Source: a virus
Taxonomy: Duplodnaviria > Heunggongvirae > Uroviricota > Caudoviricetes
Strand: one strand, 5' to 3'
Virus record (IMG/VR): IMGVR_UViG_3300026521_000088
Span: 32,551 to 96,550 of that record
Length of the DNA: 64,000 bases
The notes below the pieces were generated by a model. The model saw only the letters and a program-made list of their open reading frames with translations. It did no database searches and was not told the origin of the DNA. Below are positions 10,231 through 19,900 of this stretch, one piece after another (positions within the stretch are counted from its first letter, which is position 1; each line of letters opens with the position of its first letter). Both the position numbers and the translations under genes were made by a program.

Positions 10231-10683
10231 TTATCTATTAATTAAAACAACACCAGATTGGTTGTCTTCATCTTGATCATATAAATAACCATATTGTTCT
10301 AATTTTTCAATATAAGATTCAATTTCTTGATTATATTTTCTAATTATATCTTTAGCTAATTCTTCATGATATTGTGTTTTAAGTGTACTTACAAAACTAC
10401 ATACATACCTAGCTATAGCTGGAACTAAACTTTCATCTATATCTAACTCATCTTCATCAGTTTCTGGTAAATTAGGGAAACGAATAAATTGATTCTCTGT
10501 TATTTGTCTAGCAATTCTCCAACCAAATGGTGTTAAAACAGTTAAATGTACAGAGTCTGCTTCCATAGCTACTTTATTATAAGCATATTCTAGTAAACCT
10601 AGTAATTCATCATTATCTTCTGTAAGAGTTACATCTTGAATTAATAAGGCACTAACTAAACTTTTAAATCTTTTATAGGTCAT
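10231..10683 (-). CDS. hypothetical structural protein
   Basis: 150-aa acidic ORF directly upstream of the fibre gene. Confidence 0.45.
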   Translation of the reverse strand: MTYKRFKSLVSALLIQDVTLTEDNDELLGLLEYAYNKVAMEADSVHLTVLTPFGWRIARQITENQFIRFPNLPETDEDELDIDESLVPAIARYVCSFVSTLKTQYHEELAKDIIRKYNQEIESYIEKLEQYGYLYDQDEDNQSGVVLINR

Positions 10684-10792
10684 TACACCTCCTATTTTTT
10701 AATGTATAAGTATAACATATTTTATTCACTATAACTAATACTATATCATTATAAGTAATAAAATACATTTAGTATACTTTTAATCTAATTAT

Positions 10793-11185
10793 TTACTTTT
10801 TGTTAAATACATTACTATAAAAGTTATACATATTTTTAACATTCTTATCACTGTTCAGATTAAACATTCCAAGTGTGAGCCCATTTGCAATAGAAGATGT
10901 AACATTTACAGCTCTTGTACCTATCGTATCTTTTTTACCAAATACATCATTGTTTCTCCCTTGATATGCATCTAAAAGAATACCAGCACCTAATCCAACA
11001 GGACCTGCTTTTTTATAGAATTTAGATAAACCTTGTTTTGGGTATCTTTTAATATAATCTATAGCATTGTGCTTTAATATATTGTTGGTAGTTGACATTG
11101 ATACAGATAAACCATCAACGATCATATTTTCAGTAATTTCATCTTTAATTGATTTATATGTATCTGCTAGTGTATCACTCATCAC
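10793..11185 (-). CDS. hypothetical protein
   Basis: 130-aa ORF downstream of terminase, Gly/Asn-rich. Confidence 0.45.
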   Translation of the reverse strand: MMSDTLADTYKSIKDEITENMIVDGLSVSMSTTNNILKHNAIDYIKRYPKQGLSKFYKKAGPVGLGAGILLDAYQGRNNDVFGKKDTIGTRAVNVTSSIANGLTLGMFNLNSDKNVKNMYNFYSNVFNKK

Positions 11186-11497
11186 TTTCTCCTTTTTATT
11201 TAACTTTTAATCTATTTAATGAGATTAAACATTTGTATATATTCTAGTAGAGATTTTATTTAATAATCTCTACTAACTTTTAGTTATTTTTTCATATTAT
11301 TTTGTAAGATGGTTAATCTCATCTATAAAAATGTGTTTATCACCTTTATATATAACACTTTATATTCTATAGTTCTAAATTCAAATACACTAAAACTTTT
11401 ATTATATATATTACATAGAAATATTTATTTAATATTTGTTAAGGTAGGATAGCATAAATATAATTAAATAAAATACAACTCATACATAATGTATACT

Positions 11498-14488
11498 TTA
11501 CTCACTATAACTATCATAAGCTGTAGACTCTGTATCATCATCTATAATACCCCAGATATACTCATTCATAGGACTATTTCTTTTAGCTTTTTTAACTGCT
11601 TCAGCATTTTCAAATTCTTTAGCAGGATATATAATATCTATCATATTTATTTGAGAAATTAAATCTAATCCATCATCATGTTTAGAACCTATACTTGTAT
11701 ATGATGTATACTTAATCTCTTCCATAAGTTCTCTCATATCTGGAGTATCTTTTAAAGCTTCATTAAACCATATCTTTCTATTTTGAAATAATGGTAACAT
11801 TTGTCTAAATCTCCAATGTTTATTACCACCTTCAAGTCTACTCCTAATACCTTCAGAACCTATCTTAGCTCCTTTTTGTCTAGCAAAACTAAAGAATGTA
11901 TTTCTATCTACCATCATTTGTTTTAAAGAGTATATATGAATATTTTGTTGTCCATCTACTTCAACACCTACATCTACCCATCTAGCATTACCAAATACAC
12001 TTTCAACCATTTTAAAAGTTGTTCTATATTGTTCTTCTAACTCCATTTTCTTTAATGTTAAATCTACTAAAAATATATCACCACTACTAGCTACTGCCCA
12101 TAATGCTGCACCACTAAAATCACTACCTTTACTACCTGTACTTGTATAATCTGTAGTTAAATACCAATTGTATTGACTAGCTCTAGCTTTTATTTTAGCT
12201 GTGTCTATAAATTGTATTAAAGACTCTGGTACTAACCTATCTTCTTCATTACTAATTCTTAGCATTAATTCTTGATTAAATTCCCTTATAGAATTAGTCC
12301 CTAAAGCATCTTCATATCTTTCTTTAACTCTTTCGTAAGAATGCATAGGTTCCCAAGCTCCTACAAACTCTTTCTTAGTTATATTGTCATCTATCTTTTC
12401 ACACATAGGTATACAAACTGGTGTCCAAGTACCAGATTCTAATGCTTGGTATACTGGATCATTTTTATTAAATGGTGTATTAATTGCTATAATTTTACCT
12501 TTCTTACCACCTAAAGCATTTTCAGCATCAGCATACATCATAGACTTAAGTTTTTTCATAATAATTTTAGAATTAGCATCAGCCTCATTCTTAATAATAT
12601 CATCAAAAATAATACAGTTTTTAGATATACCAAATAGTGTACTATAAGCATGGTTTTCCCCAATTACTTTTTCAATATCCCTATTATTACACTGTATAGG
12701 TATTAAGTCTAGGTCTTTTGTTTCCTCTACACTTTTTACTTGTCTCCATAACATACCATTCTCTATATGTACTTGTTTAAACTTTACCTTTGTACTGGCC
12801 GATACATCAATATTCAGTATTTGCTTTACATTTTCTACCAATCTTAGTTCCCATTGATGGTTAATATTGTGTTCTTTGTTAGTTGAATTAAATACTTGTA
12901 CACCACTTCTTTTTGTATTGCGTATATAAGTAGGTAGTCCTAAACGACTAGAAATGACTTGTAGTTGTTTTAATACATTTAAATTAACACTATTTATCCT
13001 TACCTGTTGACTAACTTTCTTATTATCTATATATCCATCAGCAGCTATGTAACCAAGTAATAAATTTTTTTGCTTATTTAAGGTTATACGCATTACCCAA
13101 TCTGGCATATTTTTAATACTATTTCCACTTTTTTGGGACTTCAACCAATTTGACATGTCTGTATCGGATGTAACAATATTATAACAACCTGAACCAAACC
13201 TCTGGATACTATACTTTTTACCAAGACTATCTAGTATACTACATACTTTTTTACCAATAGTTTTCTCTTGGGTATTTGCTATAGTGTAAATTATATTACT
13301 ATTAGATATAGTCCCATCACCTAACCACAAACCATAAAGCCACCACCAATCATCGTTATCAAACTCAGTAAACTGAATCTTTTCTAACTTACTTATTTTC
13401 CTAGTTTTAAGAATCCTACCTTTAGAATCTCTAGCTATGATTTCATCATAGTATTTAACACATTCTACCAATGGAGGGTTGATTTCAGTATAATCAATCA
13501 TTGACCCAATCCAATGTCTATTTGTTAACTTGCTAGCTTCTTCCCAGCAAGCTTCATATTCAATATAATTTTTTACTAATTTTTTACTAGTTCTACACCA
13601 TACTTGGTCATTGGTACACTTTTTAGCCCAGTATTTGTGGTCTTTGCTAACAAATTCTGATTCTGTCAAACCTCTTACTTTAATTTCATACCCATTTTCA
13701 ATAAACCCTTCAGCCTTGATGGGGTGTTCTTCTATAGGATATGTACCGTACTCTGTTGTAACAATAGTCCCTCTTACATGACATTGAGGTCTTTCTGTTT
13801 TATATCTAATACCCCTTACAGAACCTCCAGCAGCACCTTTAACTTTATACATAAATGACCTAGATTTTATAGACTTATTTTCACCAGGTAGTTGCTTTCT
13901 TAAGAACTCACATTCTTCATCTGTAAATCTCATTTTTTCAAAATATTCTTTACAAAATAATGAATCCTCACATATATCTCTAATAGTATTAGCTTGAACT
14001 TTAGCTCCAGCTTGTTGTGAATCACCAAACCCTACTACAAACATAACATCACCAAAATTAGGCATCTTACCTTTTATTGCCAAGTATATAGGTAAAAATG
14101 CTGTAATAACTGTACTTTTAGCTAAACCTCTAGAACACATAATAGCTATTTTTCTATTATTAATTCTAATACTATCTTGAATTTCTTTTGAATATGGGTA
14201 TTGATGTCTTTTAATATTACCAAATACTAAGTCTACTAAAAAGTAATGCATCAAAGAGTTTTCCACTTCAAAGTCTTGTCCTTGTACTAATCGCATTAAA
14301 CTAAAAAATTCTATAGCATCTCTGCTAGGTAAATACCCACCAAATTTTAAATCCATATTATTTAGTGCTTCATCAATATTAAATTTATATTTTTTATTAG
14401 GTACTAACTGCACATCAGGCAAATCTTCTATATCGTTAGCGTTTTCTAAATACTCTTCCCACTCTTTACTTATTTTTTTATTACTCAC
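11498..14488 (-). CDS. terL: terminase large subunit interrupted by an in-frame intein with LAGLIDADG homing endonuclease
   Basis: N-extein has terminase Walker A-like MCSRGLAKST; the sequence resumes as CIIFDDIIKNE (Walker B hhhhDD) after a 389-aa insert beginning with Cys (RPQ|CHVRGTIV...) and ending ...ISKN|C; insert carries two LAGLIDADG motifs (WLYGLWLGDGTIS and LLLGYIAADGYID). C-terminal part is nuclease-domain sized. Confidence 0.85.
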   Translation of the reverse strand: MSNKKISKEWEEYLENANDIEDLPDVQLVPNKKYKFNIDEALNNMDLKFGGYLPSRDAIEFFSLMRLVQGQDFEVENSLMHYFLVDLVFGNIKRHQYPYSKEIQDSIRINNRKIAIMCSRGLAKSTVITAFLPIYLAIKGKMPNFGDVMFVVGFGDSQQAGAKVQANTIRDICEDSLFCKEYFEKMRFTDEECEFLRKQLPGENKSIKSRSFMYKVKGAAGGSVRGIRYKTERPQCHVRGTIVTTEYGTYPIEEHPIKAEGFIENGYEIKVRGLTESEFVSKDHKYWAKKCTNDQVWCRTSKKLVKNYIEYEACWEEASKLTNRHWIGSMIDYTEINPPLVECVKYYDEIIARDSKGRILKTRKISKLEKIQFTEFDNDDWWWLYGLWLGDGTISNSNIIYTIANTQEKTIGKKVCSILDSLGKKYSIQRFGSGCYNIVTSDTDMSNWLKSQKSGNSIKNMPDWVMRITLNKQKNLLLGYIAADGYIDNKKVSQQVRINSVNLNVLKQLQVISSRLGLPTYIRNTKRSGVQVFNSTNKEHNINHQWELRLVENVKQILNIDVSASTKVKFKQVHIENGMLWRQVKSVEETKDLDLIPIQCNNRDIEKVIGENHAYSTLFGISKNCIIFDDIIKNEADANSKIIMKKLKSMMYADAENALGGKKGKIIAINTPFNKNDPVYQALESGTWTPVCIPMCEKIDDNITKKEFVGAWEPMHSYERVKERYEDALGTNSIREFNQELMLRISNEEDRLVPESLIQFIDTAKIKARASQYNWYLTTDYTSTGSKGSDFSGAALWAVASSGDIFLVDLTLKKMELEEQYRTTFKMVESVFGNARWVDVGVEVDGQQNIHIYSLKQMMVDRNTFFSFARQKGAKIGSEGIRSRLEGGNKHWRFRQMLPLFQNRKIWFNEALKDTPDMRELMEEIKYTSYTSIGSKHDDGLDLISQINMIDIIYPAKEFENAEAVKKAKRNSPMNEYIWGIIDDDTESTAYDSYSE
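12617..13783 (-). mobile_element. intein (aa 236-624 of TerL) with double-motif LAGLIDADG homing endonuclease domain
   Basis: Boundaries inferred from Cys1 (C236) and C-extein Cys (C625) flanking ...SKN; LAGLIDADG blocks present; insertion immediately upstream of terminase Walker B. Confidence 0.7.
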
Positions 14489-15200
14489 ACTCTACCTCTA
14501 TTGTCTCTAAATTAACTCCTAGTTTTTGTACAGTTTCTATAGTTTCTCCTGATTCTAACTGTTTCATTTTAGCATCAGTAGATAATTTTAACTGTTCCAT
14601 AAGTTGTTGTTGAATACTTTTTGACTCATCATCCAACCCTATAGTAATATCCAACTTATTATTTTCTTCTGGTTTAAGTAGTTCTAACAATGTCTTAGAT
14701 GCTAATTGTTGTACTGTACCACTTGTAGGATTTCCATTAGCATCAGTACCAGTAGCTAATCTAGCTTGTACTTGTATTTGTTGATAAAACACTGGAGCAT
14801 ATAAAGCTTTATAATCCAGTAATTTTTGAGCTTCTAATTTAACAACTATAGGTCTAGAATTATAGTAACTTACATGAGAGCTATTCCATCTACCTTCTTG
14901 TACTAATTTATTATACTTATCAGGAAATGTAAGTTCCCAAGCTTCATTATTACTCATATTTTGTTTTAATTGTACATACTTAACAGCATCTACATAATCT
15001 TTAAAACTAACCCTTACTTCTCTTAATATAGGTAAATTATTAAGAATACTCTCTTCAGCATATTCTTGAAGTAGTCCAGTATCTTTCTCTATATTATCTA
15101 TTAGAGAAAGTACTTCATCTGTAACTTTATAGTTACTACCTTTTGGTAGTAATTTTTCTATCTTCTCTCTAGTTATATTATATTTTGTATTTGTATCCAT
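14481..15200 (-). CDS. putative terminase small subunit (positional call)
   Basis: 239-aa ORF immediately upstream of and overlapping terL by 8 nt; coiled-coil C-terminus; no diagnostic motif. Confidence 0.35.
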   Translation of the reverse strand: MDTNTKYNITREKIEKLLPKGSNYKVTDEVLSLIDNIEKDTGLLQEYAEESILNNLPILREVRVSFKDYVDAVKYVQLKQNMSNNEAWELTFPDKYNKLVQEGRWNSSHVSYYNSRPIVVKLEAQKLLDYKALYAPVFYQQIQVQARLATGTDANGNPTSGTVQQLASKTLLELLKPEENNKLDITIGLDDESKSIQQQLMEQLKLSTDAKMKQLESGETIETVQKLGVNLETIEVECE

Positions 15201-15238
15201 ATAGTATAATGTATCCTTATTGAGTTTTATTGATTTAT

Positions 15239-15247
15239 ATTATACCA
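15239..15247 (-). promoter_or_regulatory. extended -10 promoter (TGGTATAAT)
   Basis: Identical TGGTATAAT on minus strand ~35 nt upstream of the 14481..15200 start. Confidence 0.35.
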
Positions 15248-15266
15248 TAATAAATATATTTATATA

Positions 15267-16577
15267 CTATATATCATTTTTACCAAATATAACTTGTAAG
15301 AAAGGTACAGCTTTATTTAACTTTTGTCTGTTTCCATAGATAGTTTTAAATGTATTACCAGTTAATACATTATTTTCATATATAACTTCAGGTACATCAT
15401 AGTTATACTCATACTTAAACCCTATAGTAACATTACTATCATCACCTATTTCAGAAGATGTCATAGGATATATAAACTTAACTCTACCATTAGATAAAGT
15501 TACTATAAATACAAAATTATTAGTATATTTTATAGGGTAGTACCAGTAAGGTAAGTAAGAGTCTCCAGTTTCTTCTACAGCATACTGCCAAAGATTAGTA
15601 CCAGAATAAGTATAAAACTCTACATTTTTTTCATCATCTCCACTAGTTTGTAAACATAATCCTGTATCTGTTAATGTTATACCAACTATACCTGAGATAC
15701 CTTTTACATTACTATATCCTATCTCTATATATGGTTGTGGTATATTATCTTTAATAGGATATAAATATACTTTAGGTTCATCTACATTATATTTAGTATT
15801 GGTAACAGCTATGTAAGAATGTCCTGATACTGTAGTATAAGCATCAAATATAACACCAAAATCTTCTATATCTGGTTTATCTAAAATTTGGTAACCACCA
15901 AAATCTTTATCAACTAAATATACATTACTTTCTCTTGATAAGTACTCACCATCACTATAAGCAGGTGTACTAGAACAAACAAGTACATTATCTAACAATG
16001 TAAGGTTATGACCAAATTCTCTTATACTATCATTTATTTTAAACTCTGGTCTAAAGGTATCTACAATATTATTATTAGTTCTATCAAATTTAAATATAGC
16101 ACCATAAGGTTGAGAATCTGGTAATTCAGAACCATAACCTGTATCTGCTAAATATAGGTAATTTTCTGTAAGTACAACATTTGGTCCTACATTAGCATCA
16201 TCTTTTTCATATAGATCTCTACCCTCTTGTGGTTCTACCATATATATTTCTTCATCATATATACCTAATTTATCAAACCTATACACATAAGCTTTAGCAG
16301 TAACTTCATCATAATCAATAACACCTATAGCTATATGATTCTCATACACACTTGCTGTATGCCCAAATTCCATAAAGAATGGTTCTAAATAATTTCTAGG
16401 TCTTATAGTATATAATTTCTCACCTGTTAAATTATCATAAGCATATACTGTACCTATTGATTTAGTATAATCTACAGAATAATCTAATTCACCTATAAAT
16501 GTTATCTCATTTGTACTAGCTAATATAAAACAATATTCTGAACCTGTATCAGAAACTTTTGCTATATGTTCTGTCAT
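15267..16577 (-). CDS. hypothetical late protein (first gene of the minus-strand module)
   Basis: 436-aa Tyr/Asp/Gly-rich ORF right downstream of an extended -10-type promoter; function undetermined (could be portal or another virion protein). Confidence 0.5.
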   Translation of the reverse strand: MTEHIAKVSDTGSEYCFILASTNEITFIGELDYSVDYTKSIGTVYAYDNLTGEKLYTIRPRNYLEPFFMEFGHTASVYENHIAIGVIDYDEVTAKAYVYRFDKLGIYDEEIYMVEPQEGRDLYEKDDANVGPNVVLTENYLYLADTGYGSELPDSQPYGAIFKFDRTNNNIVDTFRPEFKINDSIREFGHNLTLLDNVLVCSSTPAYSDGEYLSRESNVYLVDKDFGGYQILDKPDIEDFGVIFDAYTTVSGHSYIAVTNTKYNVDEPKVYLYPIKDNIPQPYIEIGYSNVKGISGIVGITLTDTGLCLQTSGDDEKNVEFYTYSGTNLWQYAVEETGDSYLPYWYYPIKYTNNFVFIVTLSNGRVKFIYPMTSSEIGDDSNVTIGFKYEYNYDVPEVIYENNVLTGNTFKTIYGNRQKLNKAVPFLQVIFGKNDI

Positions 16578-16599
16578 TTTAAACCTTTATTTTTATATT

Positions 16600-16608
16600 A
16601 TTATACCA
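16600..16608 (-). promoter_or_regulatory. extended -10 promoter (TGGTATAAT) for late operon
   Basis: Minus-strand TGGTATAAT ~20 nt upstream of the SD/ATG of the 15267..16577 gene; the same ATTATACCAT plus-strand motif recurs upstream of the 14481..15200 gene. Confidence 0.4.
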
Positions 16609-16820
16609 TTATATTTATCTACATTTACACTTGATGGTATATAAGTTTAAAATATAATAATTATAACTTATATTATACCTATAAAAATAACTAATATAAT
16701 AAAATATAATTTTTTAAAAGATACTACTATAAAATATTACATAATTTTAAAAAGTATTTTTCTTAAATTTTCAAATTTTCAAATTTTTATTTTTTTCTGT
16801 ATTTTTACAGTATACCCTAT

Positions 16821-16837
16821 TATCATCATAGATGATA
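16821..16837. promoter_or_regulatory. perfect 7-3-7 palindrome TATCATC-ATA-GATGATA in the divergent switch region (operator-like)
   Basis: Seen directly in sequence; next to a C6 run and ACTTCGTAT direct repeats in an otherwise AT-rich non-coding 390-nt region between the two divergent modules. Confidence 0.4.
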
Positions 16838-16968
16838 AACCACTCCCCCCTCTATCTACTTCGTATATATGGGACCCATAATTATATTTCATATAATTAT
16901 TTACTACAGATACTTCGTATCTTTCGTTAGGTTCTATGTGATAGAAATTTTAAATTAAAAGGGTAGTT

Positions 16969-17184
16969 ATGACAAGTACAGAAGTAAGTAAGTATTTTGC
17001 TAAAAAATTAGCAAAGAAATTTGGTACAGGTATTGAGGATATTAAAGAAGCAGGAGCTTTTGTGGCAAATGCAGGATTTAAGCTTAAATCAAAAAAAGAC
17101 GGTAAAGTATACAAAGTATACATGAGTGAGATCCTAGCTCTGATGCACAGTATGCGAGAAGACAAGGATATACCAGAGCTATAA
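16969..17184 (+). CDS. small basic protein (first early gene)
   Basis: 71-aa ORF with AAAGGG SD; mirror minus-strand ORF 16950..17165 judged antisense artefact. Confidence 0.4.
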   Translation: MTSTEVSKYFAKKLAKKFGTGIEDIKEAGAFVANAGFKLKSKKDGKVYKVYMSEILALMHSMREDKDIPEL

Positions 17185-17272
17185 GCTTTGGTACAGATTA
17201 AAAAATCTCAGTAAGATAGATACTATAGGTGCTAGAAATAGCTAATAATAAATTAAATTTAAAGGATAAGTA

Positions 17273-17626
17273 ATGGAATATGCAGTAGTAATAATTGGAT
17301 TAGTGATTGTTTGGAAGATGCTTAAAACAAATGAAGCAAAAACTATAGGTAGAGAACTTACAACAGTTACAGTATCAGGTTTAAAGTCAGCAAGTAACAT
17401 TGCAAAAAGTGGTGAGATAATCACCAAAGATTGGCTTGAAGAAAGTCTAATCGAGTCTGTTGAACAATCTACTAAATTAGAATCTAGATTAGCTAAACTT
17501 ACATTAGACCAAGTTAAGTCTGAAAATGCTGAACTTAAAGGTGTAGATAATACAGTTAAAGAGAAATACGAAGCTGAACTTGCTGCCAATATGCAAAAGT
17601 TAGAAAATTTGAGAAAAGGATTATAA
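17273..17626 (+). CDS. membrane-anchored coiled-coil protein
   Basis: N-terminal TM (AVVIIGLVIVW) followed by charged helical region. Confidence 0.5.
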   Translation: MEYAVVIIGLVIVWKMLKTNEAKTIGRELTTVTVSGLKSASNIAKSGEIITKDWLEESLIESVEQSTKLESRLAKLTLDQVKSENAELKGVDNTVKEKYEAELAANMQKLENLRKGL

Positions 17627-17877
17627 GATGAATAATAATCAACTTAAAGCAGCAATAGCTCTGCTAGGTTCTAAAGCTACTGTAGCTGACTTAGCAAAAC
17701 TTATGAAAATAGTTAAAGCTTAGAGAAATCTAGGCTTTAGCTAAATTAGTCAATGTAGGATTGTTGTTAGAAAACCTTAATAAGTTAAAATGTATAAATC
17801 TAACAACAATATTTGAAAAAACATAAGTTAAAACTATTATAGTAGGACTTATATATTATGTCTGTAGGAGGATAAAA

Positions 17878-18126
17878 ATGAGAAAAATCAAAAAAAGTAA
17901 TGGATCTAGATATGATCTGTATCTAGGAAAAGATTTAGAGTTTATGGAGTTTACAGCTCCAAATTATGATACATATGCACCTGATGGTGCATATGTAAAA
18001 ACAGTAGATAAAAAGGTATATTGGATAGGTTTAATGTCTACATCTAGTGGAAATATATGCAATATAATAACAAAAAAAGAAATAGAAACTAGATTAAATA
18101 ATAACTGGAATATCTGTTCTTGTTAA
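17878..18126 (+). CDS. hypothetical protein
   Basis: 82-aa ORF with AGGAGG SD (ctgtaggaggataaaaATG). Confidence 0.45.
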   Translation: MRKIKKSNGSRYDLYLGKDLEFMEFTAPNYDTYAPDGAYVKTVDKKVYWIGLMSTSSGNICNIITKKEIETRLNNNWNICSC

Positions 18127-18408
18127 AAAAATCAAATAAACTCAAATATATAATATAAGTTTTCTGTACTTTGTTATATATTTGAATAAATATTACTCAA
18201 AAATAAAAAGTAGGATTTATATATTTTAAAATCAAATTAACTCAAACATAAGCTATATAATATATAGTCATCAAATGAGTTATAGAGTATAAGATACATA
18301 GGATTAAATTCTAATGCTAAAGTCTATCAAGGTAGGCTTTATGGATTAGACTAGCTGTGCAATAGTGCCAACAAAACCAAATAAAATAACCAAATAAAAG
18401 GAAAACCA

Positions 18409-19068
18409 ATGAATACAAATAACCAGACACAACAAACATTTAAAGAATTATTAGCAGCAAAAGTAGCAGAACAACAAGCTAAAGCAGAAGAGTTAAGGCT
18501 AGAAGCACAGATGAAATTACTTGATGACGAAAAGTATTTAGAGTCAGTTCGTAAGACAGAAGCTATGAAAAAAGAGACATCAAGACTAAATACAATTATG
18601 AGATCTATCAATACTATGGAACCATTTGTTACACCAAAAGGTGAGAAATTTGGTATTAGATGTTTTCCAGTAAGTTTCTTTGGATTAGGACATAGCTTAG
18701 TAATGGGTATTGTCTTGTCATCTGCTCAAGCCTTTACAGAAGAAAAGTTAATGGAATATTCAGCTATTTCAGGAGTAAATGAAATTCTATTACAACAAGC
18801 TGTTATAGCATTTGGCAGACCAGCTTACTTTAGTAAAGATGGTAAATTGATAGATGAAGAGAAAGGAAACTTTGAAGAGTTCTCAGCTCTACTAACATCA
18901 GTCTATATGGAGCTAGAACTTATGGAGTTTGCTGCTTCAGATATTACAGAAGCTAAGTATAATGCTTATTTTGAAAGAGAGTTAAAGAAAGCTAAAATCC
19001 AAAAAGAAGAGTTTGAGAAAGCTGAGATTCTAGATAATGAAGGAGGTGACTTCGTTATCAATGACTAA
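18409..19068 (+). CDS. putative N-terminal fragment of split T7-like single-subunit RNA polymerase
   Basis: Assignment by position and size: 219 aa + 231 aa places the DWRGR motif at ~aa 450, comparable to T7 RNAP (DWRGR at ~421-425); helical, charged composition like the T7 N-terminal domain. No diagnostic motif in this piece itself. Confidence 0.4.
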   Translation: MNTNNQTQQTFKELLAAKVAEQQAKAEELRLEAQMKLLDDEKYLESVRKTEAMKKETSRLNTIMRSINTMEPFVTPKGEKFGIRCFPVSFFGLGHSLVMGIVLSSAQAFTEEKLMEYSAISGVNEILLQQAVIAFGRPAYFSKDGKLIDEEKGNFEEFSALLTSVYMELELMEFAASDITEAKYNAYFERELKKAKIQKEEFEKAEILDNEGGDFVIND

Positions 19069-19151
19069 AAGATAAGTAAGTAGTCTTAGGACTGCTTATG
19101 TAACCAGCACTATTGTTATATATATATTATTAATTCTGTAGGAGGAATTAA

Positions 19152-19847
19152 ATGATAAGAAATCAAATATTAGATGGAAAGTTAGCGTTACCTGAAATAA
19201 CAGGTTTTGAAGAAAAATATGGTAAAGATATATATAGTAAGATAGATTACATGTTCCAAGCTATGTTTAGAGCATACCTTAAACAAGGTACAAAAGGTAC
19301 CATATCTTTACCATATTGGATTAAGAAGATAGAAAATGTTAAAGCAGTTAATAGTGCTTTAATAGTTCTATCTAAATCAGGTTGGGTAACATCTGTTTCA
19401 AATCCTAGTAGGAATTGGGCAGAAGCTTACATAAATGAAGATAAACTACTTGAGTATGTAACTAAAGAAGAGTTAGCTCAGGTTAGATTGAACAATAAGT
19501 TTAATGCTTATGTCCTAACAAATACTGAAAAAGCAGTATCTAACAATAAAGTTAGAGTAACTGGAAAAGTTATGGAAACAGGTTTAATTAGAGAAGGTTT
19601 CAGAAAAGCTGGTAATGTTGAGTTTGAACTTGATACTGGTACAATAGCTAAGTACCATGACGAGGTAATAGCTCTAGTGAATAAAGGTATTGAAAAGATG
19701 GCTAAAAAGCATAGCTCTATAAAAGAAGACTTAGCTAATTATGCTATAACAGGTGAAGAAGTAGTTGAGTCTTATATTTATGCTGAAGGTATGACATATA
19801 CTCCTGGACAAAATAGTATAGATTGGAGAGGTAGAAACATCAAGTAA
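19152..19847 (+). CDS. middle fragment of split T7-like single-subunit RNA polymerase
   Basis: ORF ends ...NSIDWRGRNIK*, i.e. the conserved DWRGR motif of T7-type RNAPs; the next ORF continues with the NPxG segment that follows DWRGR in T7 RNAP. Confidence 0.7.
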   Translation: MIRNQILDGKLALPEITGFEEKYGKDIYSKIDYMFQAMFRAYLKQGTKGTISLPYWIKKIENVKAVNSALIVLSKSGWVTSVSNPSRNWAEAYINEDKLLEYVTKEELAQVRLNNKFNAYVLTNTEKAVSNNKVRVTGKVMETGLIREGFRKAGNVEFELDTGTIAKYHDEVIALVNKGIEKMAKKHSSIKEDLANYAITGEEVVESYIYAEGMTYTPGQNSIDWRGRNIK

Positions 19848-19900
19848 GATGTTCTGCCTTAGGTTATAAAAATATATATAAAAAATAAAAGGGAAGAAAA

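Noticed and set aside
16950-17165. Minus-strand 71-aa ORF mirroring plus-strand ORF 16969..17184
   Set aside because: Antisense partner of a plus ORF that has a proper SD. Minus-strand genes end at 16577 and this ORF would sit inside the divergent promoter region.
17242-17589. Minus-strand 115-aa ORF
   Set aside because: Ser/Leu-rich antisense translation of the plus-strand 17273..17626 gene. Typical shadow ORF.
19068-19152. Group I/II intron or simple frameshift explaining the RNAP split points
   Set aside because: The gaps are only 83 and 53 nt, far too short for self-splicing introns. Each downstream piece has its own SD and ATG, and the gaps contain stops in all relevant frames. A single indel would not restore one ORF at either junction.
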